From the NCBI GenBank assembly GCA_001724265.1, contig MEDY01000313.1, positions 1-36,318 on the forward strand: 36,318 bases of DNA, given 5' to 3'. Under the pieces are notes generated by a model that saw nothing but the letters and a program-made list of their open reading frames with translations, ran no database searches and had not been told where the DNA came from. This document shows positions 12,901 through 24,111 of the stretch, in pieces. Every line of letters begins with the position of its first letter. The stretch's first letter is position 1. The translations under genes and the position numbers were made by a program. This DNA is from Rhizaria sp. SCN 62-66 (Eukaryota).

Positions 12901-15900
12901 GGCTGCGCTGAGTCCTCGAAGCCCGCGGCCTCGCAGGCCTGCAACCGGCCGTGCACGTACTCGTGGACGTGCCGCGCCGCCGCGTCGACTGCGCTCGGCT
13001 CGGCCGAAGTCTGCGGCGAGAGCAACGCCTTTGCGGCCTGCGGCACCACCTGCGGCACGTCGACGCGCACCCGCGTCGTGACATGCCGCGACGACCTGAA
13101 CCAGGCCGCCACTGACTCGGCCTGCGACGGCACCAAGCCCGGCACCTCGCTCGCTTGCACGGCGACCGACACGTGCGGCTGGCGCTGCTACGCTACGGGC
13201 GGTAGCAGCACCGCGGCCGTGTTGTGCGACAACGACGGTGCGTTTGGTACGTGCTCCGCTACGTGCGGCTCGGGCCAGCAGACGCGCGCCGTGGGCTGCT
13301 TCGGCGACTCGCTGGCGACGACGCTGTCCGACTCGTTCTGCACGCCCAACGCACCCAGCAAGCCCGCGACGACGCGCGCGTGCACCGGCACCGGCTGCGT
13401 CGAGCAGTGGTACTGCGCGGCCACGGGCGCCGACGTGAGCACGCGCCGCCTTTGCTCCGAGGTGCCCGCGTGGTCCACCTGCAGCAGCACCTGCGGCGCG
13501 GGCGTGCAGACGCGCCAGGTCATGTGCATGAACCAGCTCGGCCAGGCGGGCACCTGCGCCGGCGTGGCCGCCCCCGCGAACTCGCAGGCGTGCTCGTCGA
13601 CCGCCGCGTGCGTGTGGCGCTGCAAGCCCACGGGCGCGGCGTCCTCGTTTGAGCCCGCGCTCTGCACGTTGTCCACGACCTTCGCGGCCTGCAACGAGAA
13701 CTGCGGCGCCGGCACACGCACCCGCACCGTCGGCTGCTACGCGCCCGCCGCGCTGACGGTCGCGCTGGACGACGCCATGTGCCCCACGGCGACAGCGGGC
13801 GCGAAGCCCGTGACGTCGACGGCGTGCGAGGGCACGGACTGCGTATATTCGTATTCGTGTGCGGCAACAGGCGCCGCGGCATCGACGGCGACGGACTGCG
13901 TGGCCGACGACCAGTGGTCGGCCTGTGGCACCACGTGCGGCGAGTCGACACAGACGCGACAAGTGCTTTGCAAGAACCAGAAGGGCGAGACGGCCGCGCT
14001 GGCCCGCTGCCAGGACTTCCTTCCCGCGGTCACCACGCCGGCCGCGAGCAAGGCGTGCGTGGCCAAGAGCAGCTGTTTGTGGTCCGCGGCCGCGTGGGGC
14101 GCGTGTTCCGCCACCTGTGGGGCAGGAACCACCACGCGCGCTGTCACCTGCCGGAGCTCCAATCAAGGTACGCAATTAGTTCACATGCAATTTCATCTGA
14201 AACTGTGAACATCCTTCATCTCTCCCATGTAAATGACTGTAGCGACGATGTCTCACGTCGTCGCTACACATGTACATATGTACATGTATCATGAAACTCA
14301 TACTCTAACATCATGGAACGCATCATGAAACTCATACTTTAACTCTTATCGTGCTTAAATGGTTTACGCTTTCTGAACTATAGTTGAAATGGCGGAAGGC
14401 TTCTGCTCTGAAGCCGGCTCTAAGCCCGCCACGTCTTCCTCATGCGAAGGCTCCGGCTGTGTGTACCAGTACTACTGCTACAACATCACTGGCGGCACCG
14501 TCGCGCAGGCCACGCCGTGCAGCACCAACATCGTATGGGGTGCTTGCTCCGCCACTTGCGGCACCGGCACGCGGACCCGCGCCGTCACCGCGGTGTGCCT
14601 CAACCAGAACAAGGTCCAGAGCAGCACGGCCTGCGCCGCGCTGACGCCGCCCGTGCTGTCTGAGTCGTGCCGCGCGACATCGGCCTGCGCCTGGGGCTGC
14701 CAGGCCACCAGCAGCGACGCCGTGGAAGCCTGCACCGCCACCGGGCCCTGGGGCGCGTGCTCCGAGCAGTGCGGCACGGGCGTCAACACGCGCGTTGTCA
14801 CCTGCCGCAACGGTACCGGCGCAACCGTGCTGGATGAAACCCTGTGTGTGGACGGCGCCGGCACGAAGCCCGCGACGAGCGGGTCGTGTCTGCTGCGCCA
14901 GTGCCAGTTCGTGTGGCACTGCTACGCCAACGGCGCCGCCGTGACCTCCGCGGTGCCATGCACGACCGAGAGCTCGTGGAGCGCCTGCGGCACAACGTGC
15001 GGTACGTCCACGCAGTCGCGCCAGACCGTCTGCCTGGACTCTGTCACGCGCGAGCAAGGAACTTGCCAGGTACGTTTGGAACGAAACAGTGCTTGACAAT
15101 TGCCTGAGAAAATCTTGAGATTACTAATGTGTTTTTCGATATGTTATTTTTCAATGGCCCAAACTTACGTGCGTTATATTCATTATTTTCTCACTAATGT
15201 TGATATCATAGGAGACTCGTCCGGCCAGCTCCCGCTCCTGCTCTGCGACGAGCACGTGCCAGTGGGCGTGCCGCACGCCCACCTCCGCGCTCTCCGCCGC
15301 GGGTTCTTGTGACGGTGAGTTCGGCTTCGCGTCCTGCTCCGCGTCCTGCGGCAACGGCACGCGCTCGCGTACCGTCGCCTGCATCAACAGCGCCAAGGAC
15401 GTGCTCGCCAACACCATGTGCCCCGTCGAGACGGCGGGCGCGCGCCCGACCGACAGCATCGCATGCTCCGGTGTCGGGTGCGTCTATGGGTGGAAGTGCG
15501 GTCCGACGGGATCGGCGGCCGCCAACCTGCGCGACTGCGCCCTCGAGACTACCTGGTACGTCGTCAGAACTAGGCTTAGAAGCAACGCACTAATCCCCTA
15601 TTTTAATGTATAACGACATCTCACTTGCTTTATTTATACGTTCACTCAACTATCTCAATATTCTCAATACTTGTGCCATATTGCCCCCTCGCAGGACTGG
15701 CTGCTCCACCTCGTGCGGCAACGCCCTCGAGTCGCGCGTCGTCCAATGCCTGAACCAGAACAACCAGGTCGCCGCCTCGGCCGACCTGTGCACGGGCGCC
15801 AAGCCCGACGCGCAGCGCACGTGTTCCTCCACGGCGACGTGTCAGTGGCAGTGCTACGGCCTCACGGCCGACGTCACCACGCGCAAGGACTGCTCCAACG

Positions 15901-18900
15901 CCTCGACCTGGGGCTCCTGCCCCTCGCGCTGCGGCGTTGCCAGTCAGACGCGCCGCGTCGGCTGCTTCTCGCCCTACAACAACAACGCGCTCTCGGAGAG
16001 CTTCTGCGCGGCCTACACCAAGCCCGCGCAGCTGCAGTCCTGCAACGACTCTGACTGCGCCTTCGAGTGGGTCTGCGCCGCGGCCGGGCTCGACGCGTCT
16101 GTGCCGGGCGTCGGCGTGGCGTGCGCGCAGAACCCCGGCTGGGGCGACTGCGGCACCACGTGCGGCTCGCGGCTGCAGATCCGCTCAGTGGCCTGCATGC
16201 GGCCCAACGGCACGCTGGGCACCGCGACCGACTGCGGCAGCACGACGGGCGACATCGCGACCATGCAGCAGTGCACCGCCAATTCCGGCTGCGGCTGGCG
16301 CTGCTACTCGCCCGACGCCGACGCCGCCGCCACGGCGACCAACACGACGGACTGCGCGAGCGAGGCGACCTGGGGCTCGACGTGCTCTGCGCAGTGCGGG
16401 CCAGGCGTCAGAGAGCGCCGCGTGCAGTGCGTCTCGGGCGCCGACGACTCCGTGGTCGACGAGGCGCTCTGTCTGGCCGCGCCTGAGGTCCACGGTGCCA
16501 AGCCCGCCGCGGCGCGCGCGTGCTCGGGTACAACGTGTACGTACCGCTGGTTCTGCTATGCGCCCGACGCGGACCCCTCGACGGCGGAGCAATGCGCGGC
16601 TGACAACGCGTGGGGCGGCTGTGCGACGTCGTGCGGCGAGAGCAATCGCTACCGGACGGCCGTGTGCCGCGACCAGGACGGGCAGGACGCGCTGGGGATG
16701 TGTCTCGAGGCCGAGCCCGAGACGGTGCAGCCCTGCTCGTCGACCGAGACCTGCCGCTGGGGCTGCTCGCCCCATTCTAATGAGTTCGCCGACTGCTCGC
16801 TGTCCGAGACGTGGGAGCCCTGCTCCGCGTCGTGCGGCCTCGGCACGCGCGACCGCACGGTACAGTGCCGCACCGGCTTCGGGGAGGGCTCGCTGGCGCT
16901 CAATGACACCTTCTGCGCGGCCGCGACCGCTGGCGCGAAGCCCGACGCCGCGAGCTCGTGCATCGACACGCCGTGCCCGGCCTCATGGTTCTGCGCGCTT
17001 GAGGGCACGGAGCCGTGGGCCGCCGAGCTGTGCTCCGTGGCGACCAGCTCGTGGCCCGCGTGCACGGCCACGTGCGGCACCGCGACGCTGCGCCGCCAGG
17101 TCCTCTGTCTCGACGTCGACACGCGCGCCGTCCGCGACGACTGCGCCGAGGCCAAGCCGGCCGACGAGATGACGTGTTCATCTTCGGCGGCGTGCGCCTG
17201 GCAGTGCTTCCCCGGCAACAACACCGCCGCAGCCGCCGTGGCGTGCAACGAGAACGCGTGGACCTCGTGCTCCGCGCAGTGCGGGCCCGGCGTCCGCACG
17301 CGCGCGGTCCGCTGCTCCGGCCTCACGGGCGCCGCCGCGGGCACCGCGCTCGTCGACGACAGCTTCTGCCTCCCGCAGTCCCAGTCCGGCGGCGCCGGCA
17401 CCGGCAGCGCGCGCCCCAGCGACAGCGACGTGTGCGAGGGCAACGCCTGCTCTTACGCCTTCTACTGCCACGCGCCCAGCGAGACCTTCGCAGTCGCGCA
17501 CATCGCGAGCTACACTTGCGGCGCCGACGACAACTGGTCCGCGTGCGGCACCACGTGTGGCGCGGGCACACAGACGCGCGTGACGACGTGCCGCGACCAG
17601 CTGGGCCGCGAAGACGCCTCGCGCTGCACCGATCTCCCCACGACGTCACGCGCCTGCACCGGCACCAGCTCTTGCGGCTGGCTCTGCCGCGGCTCGACCG
17701 CGCTCGCGACCGACGCGCCGCTCGCCTGCTCGAGCGGCAACTCGTGGGGCGCGTGCTCCCGCGCCTGCGGCCTGGGCGTCAAGAGCCGCGCCGTGTTCTG
17801 CGGCGACGTGGCGAACCCGCAGTCGACGGCGACGATCGCCGCGGCGCTGTGCGGCGCAGCGGCGTAGCCCGAGAGTGAGCGCGACTGCTACGAGGAGGCG
17901 TGTGCGACGACGTGGCACTGCGCGGCCACGCAGGCGCAGACGCCGTCGCCGTGCACGTCCGCGGTGACGGCCGAGGCGGACTCGACGTGGGCGGCGTGCA
18001 GCACCCAGTGCGGCGACGGTGTGCGCGCGCGCTACGTGACGTGCCGCAGCACGGCCTCGCGCACGCTGCGCGACGAAACCGAGTGCGCGGGTGAGTTCAA
18101 GCCCTTGGCGCAGCGCAACTGCAGCGAGAGCTCCTCGTGCGCCTGGGAGTGCAGTGCCAACGGCACCGTGACGGTCACGAACCCCGCGGTGCGCTGCACG
18201 GCGGGCAGCGAACTCGCGCTCGCCGAGACCAGCACGTGGCCGGCCTGCCCCGTCGACTGCGGCTCCGCAGTCGCCACGCGCGTCGTCGGCTGTGTCAACA
18301 GCTACCTCGCCGCCTCGGCGGCCGGCCGCACGGTCGATGACAAGTTCTGCAACGCTAACTTCTACGTCGGCCAGAAGCCTGCCGTGAACCTGCCCTGCAG
18401 TGGCTCCAAGTGCGTGTACCAGTGGTACTGCTCCGAGCCCGGCAGCACTGTCAAGAAGCCCTGTTCCGAGGCGCCCAGCTGGGGCCCCTGTGGCACCACG
18501 TGCGGCGAGTCGACGCAGCGCCGCACCGTGCAGTGTCTGGACCAGACCGGCGGCGCGGGCGCGTGCGTCACGGCTGCGCCCGCGGACTCGCAGACGTGCC
18601 AGGCGACCGAGACGTGCCGTTGGCAGTGCCGCGCGCCGCTGGCCGCGAACGAAACCGGCATGACGGACGCGCAGCTGGCGCCTACCTTCTCGGCTTGCAG
18701 CGACGCTGAGGACTCAGCCGCGTGGTCAGGCTGCTCCGCTACGTGCGGCGCCGGTGTGCGCACGCGCGAGGTCGTCTGCCACACCGCCGACTACAGCAAC
18801 AGCTCCGGCTCCGGCAGCAACAGCTCGGCGACCGTGAGCAATGCGGCCGTGCTCAGCGACGCTTTCTGTCCCGCCACGGGCCCCGCGGGTGCGAAGCCGG

Positions 18901-21900
18901 CTGTGCAGGGCCCCTGCACGACGTCCAAGTGTTCGCACTCGTGGTTCTGCTCCGCCAATGCGACGAGCGCGGAGCGCTGGTGCCCCGAGGCCGAGGACTC
19001 CGCCGAGCACTGGTCCGCCTGCTCTGCGGGCTGCGGCACGGGCACGCAGACGCGCCGCGCCGTGTGCCGTGACCTGGCCACGGGCTCGGAGTCGACGCTC
19101 TGCACCGAGGCGCAGCCGGCGCTGTCGCGCGCGTGCTCGTCCTCGCGCGCCTGCGCGTGGCTGTGCAACCCGCTCGCGGGCAGCGCTTTTGCGGGCGCTG
19201 CGGCCGTGTCGTGCGATGATGGCGGCGCCGGCGGGTCCTGGGGTACGTGCTCCGCCGTCTGCGGCCCCGGCTCGCAGACGCGCGCCAAGGGCTGCTTCAG
19301 TCTCGACACGGGCGTCGCCGTCTCTGTCGCCGCCGAGCTCTGCGCCGGCGCCGTGGCGCCCGCGACGGAGCAGCAGTGCCAGGCCAAGGCATGCACCTTC
19401 AGCTGGCACTGCTATGGCGACACGAGCGCCGTCTCCGACGCCAAGCCGTGCGCGCAGCAGCCCTCCTGGGGCGTGTGTGGCTCCACCTGCGGGCTCTCGA
19501 AGCAGCACCGCAACATCGTCTGCCTCAACGACGACACCAAGGCGCTCGCCGCTGACGCCGTCGCGTGCGGCCCCGCGGCCTCGGCGCCGCCGCTGGAGCA
19601 GGAGTGCTACGGCTCCTCGACGTGCCGCTGGATGTGCCGCTCGCCGTCGCAACCCGCGACCGCAGCCGGCGAGTGCGTCGACACGGTGACCGCGTGGGGC
19701 TCTTGCGGCGCCACGTGCGGCGCGGGCGTCAAGACCCGCATCGTCGAGTGCCGGCCAGGTGCCGCGGGCGCCGCGGTGGGCGGCACAGCCGAGTCTGACA
19801 TGCTCTGTCCGCAGACCACTGCCGGCACCAAGCCGGCGACGACGACGCCGTGCCGCGCCGCCACGTGCCAGAATTCCTGGTTCTGCTATACCGAGGACGT
19901 CGCCAGCGCGACGCTGTGCGACACGGCGCCCAACTGGGGCGTGTGCAGCAACTCATGTGGCATCGGCTCCCGCAGCCGCAAGGCCGTCTGCCTCGACATC
20001 ACCACGCGCAAAGTACGTGTATCACTATATCCCTGAATTTTCTAAATCTGACATCTCGCAAATGATTTTCACACCCATAATTCCATATTTAACATCACTT
20101 ACTTTATCTCGCTTGGTGTAAAAAAAAAAATTGTTTTTCCTTGCACTTTAGGCGTCTACGACTTGCCCCGAGGCGCAGCCTGACCTGGAGAGCTTGTGCC
20201 AGGGCCGCAGCGGCTGCGGCTGGCGCTGCTATACGTCGACCAACACGACCCGCCGCACGTGCGATGCGACGTCCTTCGGCCTCTGCGGCGCGGCCTCTTG
20301 CGGGCTCGGCATGCAGTACCGCGAGGTGCGCTGCTTCCCGCCCGCCGCCAACGCCACCGCCGTGCCGGACTCGTACTGCACGGCGGACGCCGCGGCGGGC
20401 GCGCGCCCGGCATCGTCGCGCTCTTGCGTCAACACCGACAACTGCTCCTTCTCCTGGCAGTGCCGCAAGCCGGGCGCCACGGAGTGGGCGGCGTGCTCCA
20501 GCGGTGACGCGCAGTTCTCGGCCTGCCCCGCGGGCTGCGGCGAGACGGCCGCAACGCGTGAAGTGCGCTGCGTGAACCCCAGCAATGTCGAGGTCGATGA
20601 GTCCGCGTGCGTGACCTCGAAGCCGCTCACCACGCGCGCGTGCTCCGCCACAAGCACCTGCACCTACGGCTGGCGCTGCTTGACGTCCGCGGCCACCGCG
20701 CTCGAGGCGCCCGCCGTATGCTCGACCGGATCGAGCACGGTCGGCTGGTCCGCCTGCGACACTTCGTGCGGACCGGGCGCTAGCACGCGCAACGTCGTCT
20801 GCCTCAACCTCAACCTGGGCGTGCCCGTCGACTCTTCCCTCTGCGTCACTGCTACCGGCGCTGCGCCCGAGTCGTCGCGCGCGTGCACGGGCACGGGCTC
20901 CTGTCTGTGGCGCGCGGGCACATGGTCCACGTGCTCGCCGCAGTGCCGCGCGCTTTCCACCTCGCCCAACGGCGCCCGCGCCCGCGTAGTGTCGTGCACG
21001 GGCGTGCTCAGCAACGGCACCGCCGTCGCCGTCGCGTCCTCGCTCTGCTCCAGCTCCTCCGCGCCCGTCTCGAGCGAGACGTGTGCCGACACGCCGCTGT
21101 GCAGCGCCGCCAACAAGCCCTTCTGGGTCACTGGCGCGGCCGCCACTGCGTGCGTGGCCGAGTGCGGCACGGGCTACCAGACGCGCAGCGTGGCTTGCCA
21201 ACTCGACGGCGCCATCGTTTCCGACGGGCTCTGCATCGCGAGCACGCGCCCCGCCGCCATCGTCGCCTGCAACGCCACCACCGCGGCGTGCCCGCAGGCC
21301 TCTACGTCAGTCGAGTCGTCGCAGTGCGTTGACCGCGAAGTCACGGTCACGCTGCCGATTCCCACCACGAATGGCTCCGCGTCCACCGCGAGCGAGACCA
21401 AGACCATCACCACCGGGGTCTGCGTCTGCGCCAACGGCTTCACGGGCGCCACGTGCACGGCCCCGCCCTCGACGGTGTCGGCCGTGTCGTACTCGCCCAG
21501 CGGCGCCGTCTACCGCGGCACCACGCTCTTCATTTCCTGGACCTACACGCCCTCTGCAGCCGCGCTCGCGGCGGACGAGACCGAGTATGTGACGATCATG
21601 TACGAGCGCTCGGGCATGGGTGAGAAGTTCCCCGTGCCCATTGCCACAGTCGCCGCCGCGGACGGCACTTACAGCTGGCTGACACCCCTGGACCTGCCCA
21701 CGGCCACGGCGGCGCAGATCTCGGTGCACGTTGCCACGGGCATCCGCGCGCGCTCGCTCGCCTTCGCCGTGCCCTCGGTCTGCTCCGTCGGCGCCTACTG
21801 CAACGGCAACGGCCAGTGCAAAGAGGACTTGGACTCCGGCACGGCCACCTGCGCCTGTGAGTCGGGCTTCACCGGCACGCGCTGCGACGTCGGCGCCTGC

Positions 21901-24111
21901 GATGACGCTAAGTGCTACCAGCCCGGCACGGCCTCGGTCACCGCCGACACCTGCGCCTGCAATTGCAACAGTGCCTACACGGGCGCGACCTGCCTTACCC
22001 CGCTCAACTGCACCAACGCGGCCTCGTTCGACCGCGTCGTGTGCGCCAACGGCGGCGTGAACCAGCCCCCCGCATCTGGCTCCAACGCCGTCTGCGGGCC
22101 CTGCGCCTGCACCAACGCGTGGGAAGATGACACCGACGTGGTCGCCCGCAGCAACCGCGGCTGCACGCGCTGCGGGTTGTCGTGCGGCGCGCACGGCAGC
22201 GGCAACACCGACTGCACGGCCTGCACCTGCGCCGCAGGCTACGCGGGCGCGCGCTGCCAGTGCCGCGCTGTCACCCTCGCGCTGTCATTTAAGTACACGG
22301 TGCTGCCGTGGACGGACATGACGGCCGCGGCGCGCAGCACGGCGCTCGCGCTGCTCGAGTTCGAATTGGAGACCGTGGGCAAGCTCCCCGCCGGCTCCGC
22401 GCGCGCCAGCAGCTCGCCCGCGCCCAGCGTCATCACGCACGTCAAGTACGGCAAGCACACCACCCTGTGGTTCAACGTCGTCGGCGCCTGCGACGTTGAG
22501 ACATTCGACACCATGTCCGCGCTCGACCAGACCGACCTGTTCCCGGTGAGCAACAGTACGACTGCCGACGGTGACAGCGATTCTGCGGCGGCGTTCGCCG
22601 CGCTCAAGTCGATCGAGGCCGTCTCCCTCTCGGCGCTTCTCGCCGTCGGCGACAGCGACAGCAACGGCAGCGGCGTCGCGTTCGCCGCGGCCGCCGTCTC
22701 CGGCGACGCGAGCACCGAGACGACGCTGAGCGATCTCTACACCGCGATCAGCCGCCTCATCGCCGCCTTCTCCCTCGACGGCGACTCCACGGGCTCGGGC
22801 TCCGGCTCCGGCACGAGCACCGGCGCGGCCAACTCGCAGTCGGCGCTGAGCTCCACCGTCGCGCTGTCCTCCGCGGCCATCTCGCGCGGGCTCTATGTCT
22901 CGGACCCCAACTGCACGCCCTCGGCGACTTCGTCCTACTGCCCCGCCTCGACCGGCGCGGTGCGGTCCACGGGCGCGACAACCGACGACGACGTGTGCGT
23001 CGGCTCCGGCTGCGACACTGACGGCAGCGGCGACAGCGACCCCAACTCCAAGTACGGCTTCCTCAAGGCGCTGATCGTGATTCCGGGCGTGCCCGCGTGG
23101 GCGAGCATTGTCATCATCCTCGGCGGCGGCGTTCTTGTGCTCATCCTCCTCATCGTCCTAATCTGCTGCTGCCACAGCCGCAGCAAGCGACGCAAGGCAG
23201 AGCGCAACCGCTCCACGCTCAACGACGCCGCCACCGAGACCTTCGCCTCCCCCGGCGCCGGCGCCAGCGCCAGCACCAGCGCCAGCGGCGGTGTCGGCCG
23301 GGCTGGGGGCCGCAGCGTGGTCGGCGCGACGAGCGTGCAGGTCGAGATGACCCCGCGCCCGCAGTCAACCGCTCCCCGCGCGGGCTCCGCCGCCGGCGCC
23401 GGCGCCCCGCCGCGTGCGGCCACCGCCCCGCGGCCCAAGGGTGCCCCTGCCCCCGCCGCCGCTGCCCCTGTCGCCGCTGCCCCGGCAGCCGCTGCCCCTG
23501 TTGCCGCTGCGGCTGTGGCTGCGCCTCGCTCGAGTGCGAGCAACTCTAAGTACGACCAGGCTGCGACGGCGCCCCGGCCCAGCGTCAAGCCCGCCGTCGC
23601 CGTTCCTGCTGCCGCGACTGCGGCTGCTGCTGCCGCTGCTGTGGCGGCCGCCGCCGTCACTGCCGCCGTCGTCGCCTCGAGTGACAAGCCGGCGGAGACG
23701 GAGAACGAGACCGCTGACAACGATACCAGCTACGACGAGGACGCGGCCTTCACCGGCGCCGCCGTCCCCCTTGCGGCCAACGTTAACACCGAGGCCGACG
23801 CGCATGCTGACTCCGACACCGACGTCGAGGGCGCCGAGAACACCACTCATAACAACAACGCCGTTAACAGCAACAACGCGAACGATGACGGCGAGATCGA
23901 GAACGTCAACTCGGACGCCGCAGACGCTGACGCCGACGCCGACGACGGTGGCGACGTGCTTGACGCTGACGCTGACTTCGCCGCCGAAGCTGACGCCGAC
24001 GCAGCCGTTTCCGAGCCTGTGCCTACTGCCTCTGCTGCTGCTACTGCTGCCGAGGCCGAGGCCGAGGCTGAGGATGAGAGCCAGGGCGAAGGCGAGATCG
24101 AGAGCAACTAA
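9984..24111 (+). CDS. Giant membrane-anchored ADAM/ADAMTS-like metzincin metalloprotease with ~36 thrombospondin type-1 repeats; 8 exons; one internal in-frame TAG
   Basis: Exons 9984-10462, 10650-11764, 11910-12476, 12596-14167, 14384-15069, 15212-15555, 15695-20012, 20152-24111. All 7 introns are GT-AG, AT-rich, 119-216 nt and frame-preserving (13041 nt = 4347 codons, TAA stop). Motifs in order: hydrophobic signal peptide (start 9984 or 10044), cysteine-switch-like LKCGT, RKLL processing-like site, HEVGHNLGAQH plus Met-turn GGIMDY (joined across intron 2), disintegrin-like CGDGIVD..GEECDPG..CC..C, WxxCSxxCGxG..R.V.C repeats, EGF modules (C.C..GFTG..C), TM helix, acidic tail. Codon 2312 is TAG. 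Confidence 0.88.
11704..11736 (+). other. Metzincin zinc-binding motif HExxHxxGxxH (HEVGHNLGAQH), reprolysin/M12B-like
   Basis: Intact motif with catalytic Glu, preceded by GTVGLAYVG and followed after splicing by the Met-turn IMDY. Confidence 0.92.
12095..12310 (+). other. Disintegrin-like cysteine-rich domain
   Basis: CGDGIVDAALGEECDPG...ACCTAQCKFTTGSTCDGASACCVSCKMQPVATPC matches the ADAM pattern CGNG.V..GEECD.G...CC...C.......C....CC..C. Confidence 0.75.
14226..14343. repeat. Hairpin, palindrome and direct-repeat cluster inside intron 4 of the metalloprotease gene
   Basis: 14-bp stem TGTAGCGACGATGT-ctc-ACGTCGTCGCTACA (14238-14268) bracketed by CATGTA (14226-14231, 14269-14274). 20-bp perfect palindrome at 14268-14287. 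22-bp direct repeat ATCATGAAACTCATACT(C/T)TAAC at 14288 and 14322. Confidence 0.75.
17865..17867 (+). other. In-frame TAG inside exon 7 (readthrough, recoding, nonsense allele or sequence error)
   Basis: ...CTG TGC GGC GCA GCG GCG TAG CCC GAG AGT GAG CGC GAC TGC... The same frame continues as PESERDCYEEACATTWHC and stays open to the intron at 20013. Confidence 0.9.
23098..23172 (+). other. Single transmembrane helix with juxtamembrane CCC and basic stop-transfer segment
   Basis: WASIVIILGGGVLVLILLIVLICCC followed by HSRSKRRK: type I topology; Cys palmitoylation is plausible. Confidence 0.85.

Larger units (their letters stand above)
12655..21291 (+). repeat. Protein-level array of ~36 thrombospondin type-1 repeats (~70-80 aa each) in alternating A/B units
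   Basis: Hand count of (W/F)xxC(S/G)xxCG motifs gives about 36, 22 before and 14 after the TAG. Copies are strongly diverged at the DNA level. Confidence 0.85.

Noticed and set aside
17865-17867. Pyrrolysine or selenocysteine decoding
   Set aside because: Selenocysteine uses UGA. Pyrrolysine is not known from eukaryotic nuclear genes, and no pyl genes are present in the window.
17864-17963. A small intron removing the internal TAG, or a second gene starting at 17964
   Set aside because: The region is GC-rich, lacks a GTACG-like donor and pyrimidine tract, and encodes the expected repeat cysteines. ORF 17964 begins at GTG mid-repeat with no signal peptide.
23173-24111. TRAP-family gliding adhesin (TSR + TM + acidic tail)
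   Set aside because: The tail is ~310 aa, lacks the subterminal Trp, and the protein has a protease head rather than a vWA domain.
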